Shown one piece after another: positions 41,095 to 52,245 of a stretch of DNA of 64,000 nucleotides. Below the pieces are notes generated by a model. That model searched no databases and was not told the origin of the DNA. It worked only from the letters and a program-made list of their open reading frames with translations. Source of the stretch: Promethearchaeota archaeon (GTDB lineage: Archaea > Asgardarchaeota > Lokiarchaeia > Sigyniarchaeales > SOKP01); NCBI GenBank assembly GCA_016839705.1, contig JAEOTR010000084.1, forward strand, positions 1 to 64,000, written 5' to 3'. The position numbers were made by a program, and so were the translations under genes. Every line of letters begins with the position of its first letter. Within the stretch, counting starts at the first letter, position 1.

Positions 41095-42882
41095 GTGGGA
41101 CTCTACGCAGGATTAATGGCAGAGGAGCATAAAAGAAAATACTCTGATCGAGAATTATTTAGTAGATACATTAAAAGAATTATTCCTTTTAAAAAGAGTG
41201 TTATACGAATTGCACTTTTTATAGTAATTTCAGCAGTAGCGGATATCATTAGTCCATTATTGATAGGATTTGGCGTAGATGAATTGGCTAAACCAAATCC
41301 CAATCTTCTTTTAGTAATCAATGCTACGGTAGTTTACATTTTGTTATATGTGATTATTTGGGTTATGTTTTTCCTGCAATATAAGGAGATTGCCAAATTT
41401 GTTCCATTTTTTTCAGAAAGGCTCCGTATGGATATCTTTGATAAGTTACAGGAACAAGATATGAGTTTTTTTGATAAAAAACAGACTGGTGAATTAAATA
41501 CAAGAGTTACTAATGATGTCTCTGATTTTGGAAATATTACCTTTTTAATAGTAGAGACAATAGGCAATCTTATTCTTAGTGGCTTTACGTTTGCTATTTT
41601 GGTATGGTTAAACATATCTCTTGCCCTTATTGCTTTAATTACTGTTCCTTTAATCTTATTGTTGATGTTCTCTCTTAGAAAAATAGCTAGAATTGTAAGT
41701 AGGGCATATAGAAGCTCCCTAGATGATGTTAATATCGCAATGGTTGAATTAGTAGAGGGAATTCATGTTTGCAAAAGCTATGGCCAGGAAGCTATAGTAT
41801 CTGAACAATTTAATGAAATTAATAAAAAATATTTCAAAAGAGGATTTAAATTAACTGCTGTAACACATCTGTGGAGAAGACTTCTTGGAATTATATCGAC
41901 ACTAACTTTTATTATCATTATGTATGTGGGTGGACAACTTGTTTTCAATGGTTTGATGAGTCCTGGACGTGTTTTCATCTTTTATCTCTACTTACCTAAA
42001 TTTTTTCGTCCAATTATGGTGCTAGCTACCTTTTTTCCTCAATTTAGTACAGGTATGGCTGCATTCGAACGAATTCTTGATATCCTTGATTCAGCACCAT
42101 TAGTTACTCAATATCCTAATGCCTATGATGTAGGTGGATTAGAAGGAGAGATTGAATTCGAAAATGTAGATTTTAGTTATAAAAATGATGAATGGGTTTT
42201 TAAAGGATTGAATCTTAAAATTGAAAAGGGGGAGAAAATGGCAATAGTTGGGCATACTGGTTCAGGAAAAACATCCATAGTTTCACTTCTTGCACGATAT
42301 TATGAATTTCAAGGAGGATCAATTAAGATTGATGGAATTGATATTAGAAATATGAAATTAGAATCATACAGAAAGAATATTGGCATCGTTCAACAAGATG
42401 TTTTTCTTTTTTCAGGAACAATAGAGGAAAATATCCTGTACGGAAGGCAAGATGCGTCTGAAGATGATTTGTGGAAAGCAGTTACCGCTGTCCACGCTGA
42501 AGAACTAATTGAATATTTACCAGAAGGTTTACAAACTCAAGTAGGAGAAAGAGGAAAAGGAGTGTCAGCAGGGCAAAGACAGCTTATTAGTTTTGCTCGA
42601 GCATTACTTACAAATCCTAACATTCTTATCCTTGATGAAGCGACTTCAAGTGTAGATGCCTATACTGAAGCAATCATCCAAGAAGCTCTGGAAGTGCTTT
42701 TATCTGATCGAACTTCAATAATAATCGCTCACAGACTTTCTACTGTAATCAACGCCGATAGGATTATCGTTATGGACAATGGGAGAATAATAGAGGAAGG
42801 CAATCATAGGTCATTACTTTCACAAGGAGGTAAATATGCTCAGTTGTATAAACAATATTTTGAACATCAAAAGTTAGAGTAG
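41095..42882 (+). CDS. ABC exporter, fused TMD-NBD (heterodimer subunit B)
   Basis: GHTGSGKT, VSAGQRQ, LILDEATS. Confidence 0.95.
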   Translation: MGLYAGLMAEEHKRKYSDRELFSRYIKRIIPFKKSVIRIALFIVISAVADIISPLLIGFGVDELAKPNPNLLLVINATVVYILLYVIIWVMFFLQYKEIAKFVPFFSERLRMDIFDKLQEQDMSFFDKKQTGELNTRVTNDVSDFGNITFLIVETIGNLILSGFTFAILVWLNISLALIALITVPLILLLMFSLRKIARIVSRAYRSSLDDVNIAMVELVEGIHVCKSYGQEAIVSEQFNEINKKYFKRGFKLTAVTHLWRRLLGIISTLTFIIIMYVGGQLVFNGLMSPGRVFIFYLYLPKFFRPIMVLATFFPQFSTGMAAFERILDILDSAPLVTQYPNAYDVGGLEGEIEFENVDFSYKNDEWVFKGLNLKIEKGEKMAIVGHTGSGKTSIVSLLARYYEFQGGSIKIDGIDIRNMKLESYRKNIGIVQQDVFLFSGTIEENILYGRQDASEDDLWKAVTAVHAEELIEYLPEGLQTQVGERGKGVSAGQRQLISFARALLTNPNILILDEATSSVDAYTEAIIQEALEVLLSDRTSIIIAHRLSTVINADRIIVMDNGRIIEEGNHRSLLSQGGKYAQLYKQYFEHQKLE

Positions 42883-42929
42883 CACTACTCTTCATTAAAA
42901 AAAGTGGATGAATCTAGTGACAAATGTCT

Positions 42930-43406
42930 TCATTGATTCGAATTTTCACTTGATTTTGATAATAAAAGAGTTTTTAAATGATTTTTTAATTCCTTTTCTA
43001 ATTTAGGGTCTGCAGGATAACCCAATTTTATCTTACCCATAATTTTTTTATTCAGATAGTTCTCAAGAGTTCTACAGTCTTCAAATTTTTTAATCAAATT
43101 ATCTAAATTTTCTCCTGTTTTGGTTATCTGAGACAGGTAAACATATTTTATTATGTTTTTTGCCTCTTCAGTATCTCCAGAGCCAATAACTAATATTGTG
43201 TTGTGATTAAATAAATCACCTAAATAACTAAAAATATTTGAATTCCCCCAATTCTCAATTTTATACTTAAGAAAGTCTAATACGCCAATAATCTCCGTTG
43301 GATCTTTGCCTTTCTCAATTTTAAAGAAGATTCCACACTTTTCCTCATCTTTATAGGCTAATAGTAAGTTTTCTATACATTTTAGAATTTGTTCTTTCAT
43401 AGACAT
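42930..43406 (-). CDS. hypothetical protein
   Basis: 158-aa ORF filling the gap; no recognised motif. Confidence 0.65.
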   Translation of the reverse strand: MSMKEQILKCIENLLLAYKDEEKCGIFFKIEKGKDPTEIIGVLDFLKYKIENWGNSNIFSYLGDLFNHNTILVIGSGDTEEAKNIIKYVYLSQITKTGENLDNLIKKFEDCRTLENYLNKKIMGKIKLGYPADPKLEKELKNHLKTLLLSKSSENSNQ

Positions 43407-43565
43407 GACATTAATGCATTAGATATAATTATTACTTATGATTGGCTCAAATCAGTTTTTTGTATTAATAAATAAATAAAAATAAATAAATCTACTTTTA
43501 TGAATATTTCAAGGATTATATTTTCTTTTTGTTAATTAAATCTCACAAATTTAAGGTTATTCAAC

Positions 43566-45236
43566 TTGAGCCATAATGATAAGCAATTGTTTGAAAAAAT
43601 AGAGACCATGGATCAAGAAGAAGCTGTGAATTTCCTTCTCTCTATCCTATCATCTTCCGAAAATTTAGAAGATAAAGTTAAATCTGTTAAAATTTTAGCA
43701 AAGTTTGAAGATAATGAGAATTCTCGATTACAAGATTTAAAAAACTTATTTTTGAATGACAGGCATCCCCAATTACGCATTAAATTAATTGATCTGCTCG
43801 CGAAGATTTATGGGAATGAAGGTATTAAATTTTTAAAAGAACAGTATAAGAATTGTAGTGATGGTACTGTTAGGAAAACCCTTATTGAAAAAGTTGGAAA
43901 TGCAGATCTTAATGGCTCAATACCTTTCTTCATTAAAGTTTTAGGTGATCCAAACATCGAAGCAATTGAATTAGTTATTACATTTTTGGGAAATTCAGGT
44001 GCAAAAGAAGCCTTAGCACCCTTAATTGAACGTTTGCACTTTAGAAATCCTGAAATCTATGTTCCATTAATTAATTCAATTGTTAAAATCGGAAAAAAAG
44101 GGCATCAACAGCCTATATTTAATTATATAGATAGTGATGATGTATATATTAAAAGAGAAATTCCCGTTATCTTAGGAAAAATAGGAAACAAGGAGAGTGA
44201 AACCGTTTTAATTAATTTTTTGAAAGATGGAAATCCACTTATTAGAAAAAATTCCTTGAAAGCCTTAGAAAAAATAATTGAACTAAAAAACATTAAATAT
44301 ATTTTAGCAACGCTTAAAGATCAAAACATAGATGTGAGAAAGGAATCCATTCGAGTATTAGGAAATATTGGAAGTAAAAGAGCAATTAATCCCTTAACAG
44401 AAATTCTAAAAGATAAGGATGTCAAAGTAAGAAATCTTTCTAAAAACGCACTATACAAGATCTTTAAGAAAATCAAATCAAACGATGTACTTTATGATAT
44501 CTTGAAAGGAAAAAACATCAATGCGAGAAGAGAAGCAATAAAATTACTAGGAATGTTGAAAGATGTAAATGCCATTGAGTATTTAATAAAGACCTTCGAT
44601 AGCACAGTAGCGAGTATAAGAAGAGCATCCTATCGAGCAATTCTTCGAATTTTGCAAAATAGAATTGATGAAAAGATAATAGATTCACTAGCAGAAAAAT
44701 CTTGGCGTGTAAGGATGTATTGTACTAAAATATTAGGTGAAATTGGAGATCCTGCTGCTATTGAAACTGTTTTTGAATTAATCCAAGATGAAAACGGAAG
44801 TGTTAGAAAGGCAGCGATTGATGCGTTAATTAATTTCAAGTCGGATAAAGTAATTGAAATGGCAAAAAGCTCTTTGAAAAACACAAACTGGAAAATTAGA
44901 AGGGCTGGAGTCAAATTATTAATAAGAGTTGGAAGTAAGGAATCTATCAATTCTCTCATTTCTTGCTTGGATGACAATGATGTATATATTAAAAGTTGGG
45001 CGGCCATGGCTTTAGGAAAAATAAAAGATGTTGATTCAATCGAACCCTTTATTCAATTATTAAAAGAAACCGATGATAAGATCCGACTATCAGCAATTAA
45101 GGCTTTGGGTGAAATAGGAAACAAAGATGCTATAAAATCCCTTATCGAAATACTAGGCGACGATAATTGGGATGTCAAGAAAGAAGTAGAAAACTCTTTA
45201 AATCGTATAAATCCTGATTGGATGGAAGATTTATAA
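43566..45236 (+). CDS. HEAT/PBS-lyase repeat protein
   Basis: Many LxD.N..VR..A...LG.IG repeats. Confidence 0.9.
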   Translation: MSHNDKQLFEKIETMDQEEAVNFLLSILSSSENLEDKVKSVKILAKFEDNENSRLQDLKNLFLNDRHPQLRIKLIDLLAKIYGNEGIKFLKEQYKNCSDGTVRKTLIEKVGNADLNGSIPFFIKVLGDPNIEAIELVITFLGNSGAKEALAPLIERLHFRNPEIYVPLINSIVKIGKKGHQQPIFNYIDSDDVYIKREIPVILGKIGNKESETVLINFLKDGNPLIRKNSLKALEKIIELKNIKYILATLKDQNIDVRKESIRVLGNIGSKRAINPLTEILKDKDVKVRNLSKNALYKIFKKIKSNDVLYDILKGKNINARREAIKLLGMLKDVNAIEYLIKTFDSTVASIRRASYRAILRILQNRIDEKIIDSLAEKSWRVRMYCTKILGEIGDPAAIETVFELIQDENGSVRKAAIDALINFKSDKVIEMAKSSLKNTNWKIRRAGVKLLIRVGSKESINSLISCLDDNDVYIKSWAAMALGKIKDVDSIEPFIQLLKETDDKIRLSAIKALGEIGNKDAIKSLIEILGDDNWDVKKEVENSLNRINPDWMEDL

Positions 45237-45252
45237 GAATCTCTTGAATTCT

Positions 45253-45651
45253 TCAGATCACCATACTGATTTTTTGGATATAATCTTCCATATGATTAAA
45301 AATGAAACTAGAATCTACTTGATTATCTATTATGAATATCAAAAATACCTTTTTCTCTTTAATTTCTACCATTAATATTGACGTCTTCTCTAACTCAGCA
45401 ATAATTTTAACAATTGTTTGATTACCCATTGTTTCACCAAGACCAACTGCACTCTCAAAAACTGATGCACACATAGATGTTAATTTTTTACAATCTGCCT
45501 TATTTCCAATATTCTCATAAATAATTTCCCCGTTTCTATTTGCAAATATAATCCCTTTAAATTTCCCTTTTACCTTTAATTCATCCAGTATTAAAATTAA
45601 TTCACTGATATCATCTTTGTTAATTTTCGTTGGTGTGGTCATAATCTGCAA
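45253..45651 (-). CDS. roadblock/LC7-like protein
   Basis: GIIFANRNGEII, LTSMCASVFESAVGLG, size and alpha/beta pattern. Confidence 0.75.
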   Translation of the reverse strand: MQIMTTPTKINKDDISELILILDELKVKGKFKGIIFANRNGEIIYENIGNKADCKKLTSMCASVFESAVGLGETMGNQTIVKIIAELEKTSILMVEIKEKKVFLIFIIDNQVDSSFIFNHMEDYIQKISMVI

Positions 45652-45708
45652 TAGTCTAAGTATAGATAATTAAATTAATTAATTACTACATTTAACTATT
45701 GAATATAT

Positions 45709-47115
45709 ATGAAATCAATTAATACCATTGAGAACAAATTGAAAATAAGCAATGAAAAATTCATTGAAACAGATCTTCTACCTTTTTTAAGAATTCCTAG
45801 TGAAACTCTTAATAAAGAAGGAATAATAAAGGCTAAAGATTTTATTATTTCCTATCTCTCAGATTTTTGTAAAGAAGTTGAGGAATATCCCGGAAAAATC
45901 AATCCCTTAATCTTAGCTAAAGTTAATGGGAAATCCCAGAAATGCCTATTAATTTATATGATGTATGATACTCAACCAATAAGTCGGGAAAATGAATGGG
46001 TTAGTAACCCATATGAGGCGAGAATTCATATACTCCCTCCTCCTTTGGATGTTATAGGAAACTGTATTATAGCAAGGGGAGCTTACAATTCGAAAACTCC
46101 ACTAATATGCTTTTTAAATATAGTAAAATTACTAAAAAACGAAAATAAGTTACCATTATCACTTCTACTATTATTTGATGGTGAGGAAGAACTTGGTTCT
46201 CCCAGTCTGTTAAAAATGCTTGAGAATAATAAAAATAAGTTTAAAGATTGTATAGATGTGTATTATCCTTCTACAAAACAAAATATTAATGGAAAGCTAA
46301 TTTTAAAGCTTGGTTATAAGGGAATTTTATCTATAACTATAAAAGTGTCGTCTAAAAACAAGGAACCACATTCAGCTTTCAGTGCAATAATTCCCAATCC
46401 CGCAATTGATTTAGTTGCTTTACTAAACGCTATTTATACCAATAATGAATTTTTGATTACTTCCTTGAAAAAGCCTTATAATCTTTCTAAAGAGGAACAT
46501 TTAATTTTTGATAGGTTAATGAAAACACTTGATTTAGAAAAAATTAAGGAAAAAGCAGGGATTTCACATACTCATGAAACTGATCCAAGGAAATTTTTTA
46601 TGAATTACCTATTTAAACCAACATTTAATATTTCGACTTTAAAATCGGGTTTTATGAAAGAAGGAACAAAAAATTTTGTACCTAACGAAGCACTGTGTAA
46701 TATTGATATCAGGTTTGCTCACAAAATACCTGAAAATGTTATATTTAAAGAAATTAAAGAAAAAATCGAAGAATTTTCTCAAACCTCAAAATCTAAAATC
46801 GATGTTATCAAAAATATTGGTTATGAAAGTTCTCGGGTTACAAAAGAATCTAGGCTAGTAAAAAGTCTGATTGAAAGTGCAAAGAACTTAGGAGTTAAAA
46901 CTGAGATCTGGCCGATAAGTGCCGCGGCTGCCCCTTTAACAATAATTCAAAACACTTTAGGACTAAATTATATCACTGGTGGTTTAGGAATAGGAGGATA
47001 TGCTCATTCAGCAAATGAATTTATTCAATATAGTTCCATTATTGATATAAGATTGTTTTATTCCGAATTTCTACAATTATATTCAAGATTTTTGAACGAT
47101 CTAAATTCTACTTAA
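45709..47115 (+). CDS. M20/M25/M40 family metallopeptidase/deacylase
   Basis: YDTQP, ARGAYNSK, DGEEELGS, GYKG, AHSANE. Confidence 0.87.
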   Translation: MKSINTIENKLKISNEKFIETDLLPFLRIPSETLNKEGIIKAKDFIISYLSDFCKEVEEYPGKINPLILAKVNGKSQKCLLIYMMYDTQPISRENEWVSNPYEARIHILPPPLDVIGNCIIARGAYNSKTPLICFLNIVKLLKNENKLPLSLLLLFDGEEELGSPSLLKMLENNKNKFKDCIDVYYPSTKQNINGKLILKLGYKGILSITIKVSSKNKEPHSAFSAIIPNPAIDLVALLNAIYTNNEFLITSLKKPYNLSKEEHLIFDRLMKTLDLEKIKEKAGISHTHETDPRKFFMNYLFKPTFNISTLKSGFMKEGTKNFVPNEALCNIDIRFAHKIPENVIFKEIKEKIEEFSQTSKSKIDVIKNIGYESSRVTKESRLVKSLIESAKNLGVKTEIWPISAAAAPLTIIQNTLGLNYITGGLGIGGYAHSANEFIQYSSIIDIRLFYSEFLQLYSRFLNDLNST

Positions 47116-47117
47116 TA

Positions 47118-48275
47118 TTAGTGAAATAATCCTGATAAACCTCTAGTTTTTGCCTCAATAGCGATCTCACTACATAATTCGGCACAACAAAAACAGGAGA
47201 TGCATTTATTCCTTAAAAATATAGGAAAATCCCCTTCTTTAAATTCTATAGCTGCAGCGGGACAATTTTGAGCACATTCGCCACATTTGATACATTTCGC
47301 TTTTAATAATTTGGGAAATTTTTTATATATTTTATATCCGATATGTCCGGTCATATAAGCAATAAAACTTGTAAAAGTACCTCCAGGTACTTTAAATTTA
47401 GGAACTTGTTTCTTCGCTTCTTCTAAAGACACCCCTAAAATTTCAATTTCTTCTACATTTCCAATGCCTAAACCTCTTTCCATGGCATTTTTAAGATGAG
47501 GAACACTACTCGGTTTTATCTTCCCTATTTCCATGGCAACTATATCTAAAGCTAATTCATCTGTCCCAACCAATATCAAATCCCAATCTACCATTTTCCC
47601 TCCTCCAGGGCCCATGGATCCTTCCATTATATTCTGTAAATCATAGACAGTAAATCGCTTTTGTTTATTTTTTACTACCCATGAAAAATTATCCGCGAGA
47701 ACTTCCCCGAATTGTTTTGCTGTTTTTCCATACAAATGATAATTAGCTTTTAAACCTCCCGGTATAATACCCCAATAATTCTTTATTGCCCCCGTCATCG
47801 TTGCTTCTATATGGGATTTTAAGCGTGGAAGATTAATCAATATATCACATTCTTTAACTGCTCTAGCAACACGTATTTCTTTTAAACTAGAGGCTCCTTC
47901 AATTTTCTCAATTATAGGTTTATTAGCTTCAAAGTTAATAAAATTTATTCCATGAACTTCGCATAGGTCATAAATTCCAATTTCCTTCGCGACATCAGAA
48001 CCGAATTTTTCAGATTGGCCTGGTGAATCTCCTAAATACACATTACTCATCGGAACACCAACCTCTTTGAGATAAGAAATTACACCTTCAACAAACGCAG
48101 GTTGAGTACACGCATCTTTTTTTGATGTTAATAAATTTGGTTTTAGGAGAATTTTTTCTGATTGTGTAATATCAAAACCTAAGTCATTTTCTATTAATTT
48201 TATTGCACTTATTACTGCTTCGGGAATTGTTTCAAATTCTTTAACATTTACAATACTAATTTTTGTTGACATCAC
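47118..48275 (-). CDS. DUF362 protein with C-terminal 2x[4Fe-4S] ferredoxin
   Basis: ILLKPNLL, LPRLKSH, TGAIKNYWG, CIKCGECAQNCP, CISCFCCAELC. Confidence 0.9.
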   Translation of the reverse strand: MMSTKISIVNVKEFETIPEAVISAIKLIENDLGFDITQSEKILLKPNLLTSKKDACTQPAFVEGVISYLKEVGVPMSNVYLGDSPGQSEKFGSDVAKEIGIYDLCEVHGINFINFEANKPIIEKIEGASSLKEIRVARAVKECDILINLPRLKSHIEATMTGAIKNYWGIIPGGLKANYHLYGKTAKQFGEVLADNFSWVVKNKQKRFTVYDLQNIMEGSMGPGGGKMVDWDLILVGTDELALDIVAMEIGKIKPSSVPHLKNAMERGLGIGNVEEIEILGVSLEEAKKQVPKFKVPGGTFTSFIAYMTGHIGYKIYKKFPKLLKAKCIKCGECAQNCPAAAIEFKEGDFPIFLRNKCISCFCCAELCSEIAIEAKTRGLSGLFH

Positions 48276-48496
48276 TTATCAAATTTGAAAGTCAAGTAAA
48301 AAATTAAAACCTGATCCTTACCCATTGGTATTTTTTCATAGTTAATATGATGTGTTTGTATTCCTTAATTTCAGATACCAATTATTTTTAAGAATTGAAT
48401 ATATTATATTTTAAAAAAACAACAACAATTTTTATTCAATTCTACAGTTAAACCCAGATAGGTCAATTAATATTAATTAAAAGGTGAAGATATAGT

Positions 48497-49036
48497 ATTC
48501 CGTCTAGTGATCTAACGTATAAAGTCTGTATTTTCGGTGATGGTGGTGTCGGGAAAACCACGTTAATTGGACGTTATTTAACCGGTGTATTTCAAAGTAA
48601 TTCGGAAATTACTATAGGAGTCGACTTTCATATTAAGAGATTAGAGATTCAGGATAAACGAGTCACATTACAAATCTGGGATTTTGCTGGTGAGGACAGG
48701 TTTAGATTTTTATTACCCAGTTATGTACTTGGTGCTTCAGGTGGAATTTTCATGTATGATATAACTCGTTATAGTTCACTTAAGAATTTTCAAGATTGGT
48801 TATATATTTTTAAACAAGGCTATAAGGGGCCAATTGCTCAAATACCTATCATAATGGTCGGAAGTAAATTAGATCTGGAATATAAAAGAGCTGTTTCTAG
48901 GAAAGACGCATATGAACTGGCAAAACAAAATGATTTATTTGGATATATTGAATGTTCCTCTAAAAATGGTCAAAATGTAGAAGAAGTTTTTGCTGAAATT
49001 GCTAGGTTGATGATGAAGAATACTAAAAATGATTAA
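48497..49036 (+). CDS. Rab-like small GTPase, putative ATT start, 179 aa
   Basis: Open frame upstream of the tracked ORF: YKVCIFGDGGVGKTT, TIGVDF, QIWDFAGEDRFRF; then GSKLD, ECSSK. In-frame TGA at 48485 lies within the SD-like GGTGA. Confidence 0.92.
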   Translation: MPSSDLTYKVCIFGDGGVGKTTLIGRYLTGVFQSNSEITIGVDFHIKRLEIQDKRVTLQIWDFAGEDRFRFLLPSYVLGASGGIFMYDITRYSSLKNFQDWLYIFKQGYKGPIAQIPIIMVGSKLDLEYKRAVSRKDAYELAKQNDLFGYIECSSKNGQNVEEVFAEIARLMMKNTKND

Positions 49037-49067
49037 ATCTAAACCTGAAAAAATAAATCTTCACGAA

Positions 49068-49904
49068 TCAATTGCTCTTATAGATTTCTCCTAAATTTTC
49101 TAAAACTAAATCTGGGATAAGATTATTATCAAATTTACTCTCCTTGTTTTTGACCTCTTCAATCATTTCTCTTGTGACAACCCCTGTCAAAACTGCTATT
49201 GACATAATCCCCACCCTGTTTCCCGCTAGAATATCGGTATTTAATCGATCTCCAAAAATGCATGCTTGTTCAGGAGGGATTTGAGTATCCTGCAAAATTA
49301 ATTCTATACCAAAAGGTTCAGGTTTCCCAAATACCCTAATTGGATTTTGTCCTGTACAAGTAATCAAAGCATTCACCATTGAACCCGCTCCCGGTTTAAA
49401 ACCTCTAGCAACTGGTAAGGTAGAATCTGCATTTGTTGCATAAAATTGCGCTCTTCCCTCTAAGATACATTTTTGAGCAATCGATAATTTCTCATAGGTA
49501 AAATCTCTATCTAGTCCGACTATTACAAAATCGATATCCTCAATTGACGGATTAGTTTGGACTCTGTGACCCGCAAGTTCTAGTTCTTCTCTTAATCCAT
49601 TTTCCCCAATTACATAAATATTTGCATTCTTCTTTAATTTTGTGATTTCAGCAGACGCAATTGAGGCGCTGGTGTAAAAATCAGTTCTCTCACTCGAAAT
49701 TTTAAAACTTTTCAGTCTCTCAACGTAGGCTTGCCGTGAAATTGTGGAATTATTAGAGTTATATACTACCTTGATAGAGAGATTTTTAAGCTCATTTATG
49801 ATCTTATCAACATTTTGGATTAATTTATTTCCACGGTACACAACCCCATCAAGATCAAAAATAGCCAGTCTGATTTGTTTTAATGAGTCTATAAATTCTC
49901 GCAT
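49068..49904 (-). CDS. HAD-IIA hydrolase (NagD family)
   Basis: FDLDGVVY, SNNS, ATNAD, GKP, GDRLNTDI. Confidence 0.93.
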   Translation of the reverse strand: MREFIDSLKQIRLAIFDLDGVVYRGNKLIQNVDKIINELKNLSIKVVYNSNNSTISRQAYVERLKSFKISSERTDFYTSASIASAEITKLKKNANIYVIGENGLREELELAGHRVQTNPSIEDIDFVIVGLDRDFTYEKLSIAQKCILEGRAQFYATNADSTLPVARGFKPGAGSMVNALITCTGQNPIRVFGKPEPFGIELILQDTQIPPEQACIFGDRLNTDILAGNRVGIMSIAVLTGVVTREMIEEVKNKESKFDNNLIPDLVLENLGEIYKSN

Positions 49905-49939
49905 GGTTTTAAATTAGATAAATATTTTTTAAGATGTTT

Positions 49940-51094
49940 CTACCAGCCTACTGGCAATCCTAGTAATAATATAAAAAGCTGGATACCAATAGGGATGAAA
50001 ATTGGGTTTAAAAGATTATCCGCTGTAAATTTGGGAAAGTAATCTGTTATAAAAAATATAACTGCCCCAATTATTGCGTATATTGGTCCTACAAGGATTA
50101 AGCCTATTAAATACGCTACAATCATGCCTGCAAGAAAACCTTCTATGGATTTTTTATCTTTACTCCTTACCTTGACTTTATGTTTTCCGTATTTTCTACC
50201 AATTAACGCAGCAGCAGCATCCGATAGACAGGCAATAAGAATCCCCGAAAATACCGCTTTTATATGAACTAAATTTACCATATAGAGCATGTATGAAAAA
50301 ACAAAACCTGTAATTATATAAATTTGCGGTCCAGCAGCATTTCTTTCCTTTTTTCTTAACATGGATTTTGTTAAAAAGTTAAAGACTGAATACTCTGGTC
50401 CCCAAAAAATTCTGATTAAATCTGAGATTATAGCAAATATTAACGCTCCAATCAGCGCCATCATTGTAAGGTAAACAACTGCGAAATAATTGGATATTGG
50501 GTCTCCAATCGTAAATGGAAATAAGGTTAAATCCCCCCATATAAGGTTATACGCAGGTTCGATATTATGTATTAATTCAATCACTCCATCGCTTATTATC
50601 CGTGTAACAGGGTACATAAAAGGTAATCCAAAATAAGCTAACACTAGTAAAAGTCCTGTTAAATGAAAACTTTTTCTTATATACTCCATTCTCATAGTAA
50701 TTTCTTCTCCGTATTGGTTCTCTTTTGTCATTCTTTCAACGTATCTTCTTAACAGTGGTTTTTCCCCTTCTTCAATAATTACTCCATCGTCTTCTCTATT
50801 CATTTTCTTTTTTACTCTTTTGATCAAGAAAGAAAAAATAAAGTTTACGAGTAAAATAATACCGATCCACCATACCATAAATCCATTATAAGGATAAACA
50901 AAAAATCTTACAAGAGAATTATAATATCCAAAAATCAAGAAACAAATACCACTTAAAATAGAGGAAATCCCACCATACCGATTGCCTAATTTATATCCCC
51001 TTTTCCCTATAAAAAACATTAAAAGGGCTAAAATGAAAAATGTGAGAGATAAAGTAACATTGTAAGCTTCACCAATAGCAGTCCAGTAATCCAT
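49940..51094 (-). CDS. dolichol/phytol kinase (CTP-transferase) family membrane protein
   Basis: RKSFH, SDAAAALIGRKYGK, KKSIEG, DNLLNP. Confidence 0.85.
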   Translation of the reverse strand: MDYWTAIGEAYNVTLSLTFFILALLMFFIGKRGYKLGNRYGGISSILSGICFLIFGYYNSLVRFFVYPYNGFMVWWIGIILLVNFIFSFLIKRVKKKMNREDDGVIIEEGEKPLLRRYVERMTKENQYGEEITMRMEYIRKSFHLTGLLLVLAYFGLPFMYPVTRIISDGVIELIHNIEPAYNLIWGDLTLFPFTIGDPISNYFAVVYLTMMALIGALIFAIISDLIRIFWGPEYSVFNFLTKSMLRKKERNAAGPQIYIITGFVFSYMLYMVNLVHIKAVFSGILIACLSDAAAALIGRKYGKHKVKVRSKDKKSIEGFLAGMIVAYLIGLILVGPIYAIIGAVIFFITDYFPKFTADNLLNPIFIPIGIQLFILLLGLPVGW

Positions 51095-51440
51095 ATCTAA
51101 TCACCAAAAGAATGGTATTAATTAATTTAATAATTCACAATCTAATAATTATTCTTTGATTTCAGAATAAAATTAAAATAGAGGTAAAGAAAATCATTGA
51201 TAACCATTTATTATCTAAATTTTGAAAAAAGGATTATCCTAAGTTCTTAAAAGGTATATCCTCTTCTAAATCATTACAATACAAAAATTTCAAAACTAAA
51301 TTAATAAAGAACTAATAATATATTTTATTAGAGAATAAGTAATACAAAAAAATAAATAAAATTAAAATAAGTTAATTATAACTAGTATATTATAATTTTT
51401 TCTATCTCTAAATCGATTTTAATACTAAATAACAGGTAAA

Positions 51441-51818
51441 ATGATGGGAATAGAGCCAACTACAGAGAATCTTGACGAAATTTTAAAGAAACTTTTAGCT
51501 GCTATGCCAGAAGTTAGAGCCGCAGCGATAGTTTCTGCAGAAGGGCTACCCATTGCATCTGCGCTACCTCAAGGAGTTGATGAAACAAGAATTGCGGCAA
51601 TGACTGCTGCGTTGCTCTCCTTAGCCGAAAGGGCAGTTATCGAGATGGATAAAGGTGAATTCTCAGAATTATACGTAAAGGGAACCGATGGATATCTTCT
51701 AGTCATGGAAGCAGGTCCCAACGCAGTATTAACGGTCTCTACTACGAAAGATGTAAGGTTAGGTTTAATTTTTCTGGATTGTAAGCGTACTTGCGAAAAA
51801 ATCGCTAAGTTAATTTAG
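51441..51818 (+). CDS. roadblock/LC7 domain protein
   Basis: AAAIVSAEGLPIASALP...RIAAMTAALLSLAERA...LGLIFLD. Confidence 0.93.
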   Translation: MMGIEPTTENLDEILKKLLAAMPEVRAAAIVSAEGLPIASALPQGVDETRIAAMTAALLSLAERAVIEMDKGEFSELYVKGTDGYLLVMEAGPNAVLTVSTTKDVRLGLIFLDCKRTCEKIAKLI

Positions 51819-51916
51819 ATTAATTCTTACTCTATTACTGAGATTTTTTATTTATCACTTAGTGATATTTGTTATCCTAAGAGGTTTCTAAAGAAATTAA
51901 GAAATGTAAATCAATA

Positions 51917-52225
51917 ATGCCGAAAAAGAATCATTTTTATGCTATTATAAGACCTTATCGTAAAGATTTTATTACAAGACCGAATGAAGAAGAGGAAAAA
52001 ATCATGATTGATCATTTAAACTATCTAAAATCTTTGATGAATCAGAAGAAACTATATCTAGCCGGTCCAACATTAATCGCGGAGGATCCTTTTGGTGTAG
52101 TGATCTTTGAAACAGAAAATGCAGATGAGGCAAAATCCTTACTTGAAAACGATCCTTCAGTAAAAGCAGGAATACAGAAAATAGCAGACTTTAGGCCTAT
52201 TAGATTATCATTAATAAGAAAGTAA
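51917..52225 (+). CDS. YciI family protein
   Basis: HLNYL, LAGP, DPSV. Confidence 0.85.
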   Translation: MPKKNHFYAIIRPYRKDFITRPNEEEEKIMIDHLNYLKSLMNQKKLYLAGPTLIAEDPFGVVIFETENADEAKSLLENDPSVKAGIQKIADFRPIRLSLIRK

Positions 52226-52245
52226 TCTGTATTATAAATTTAATA

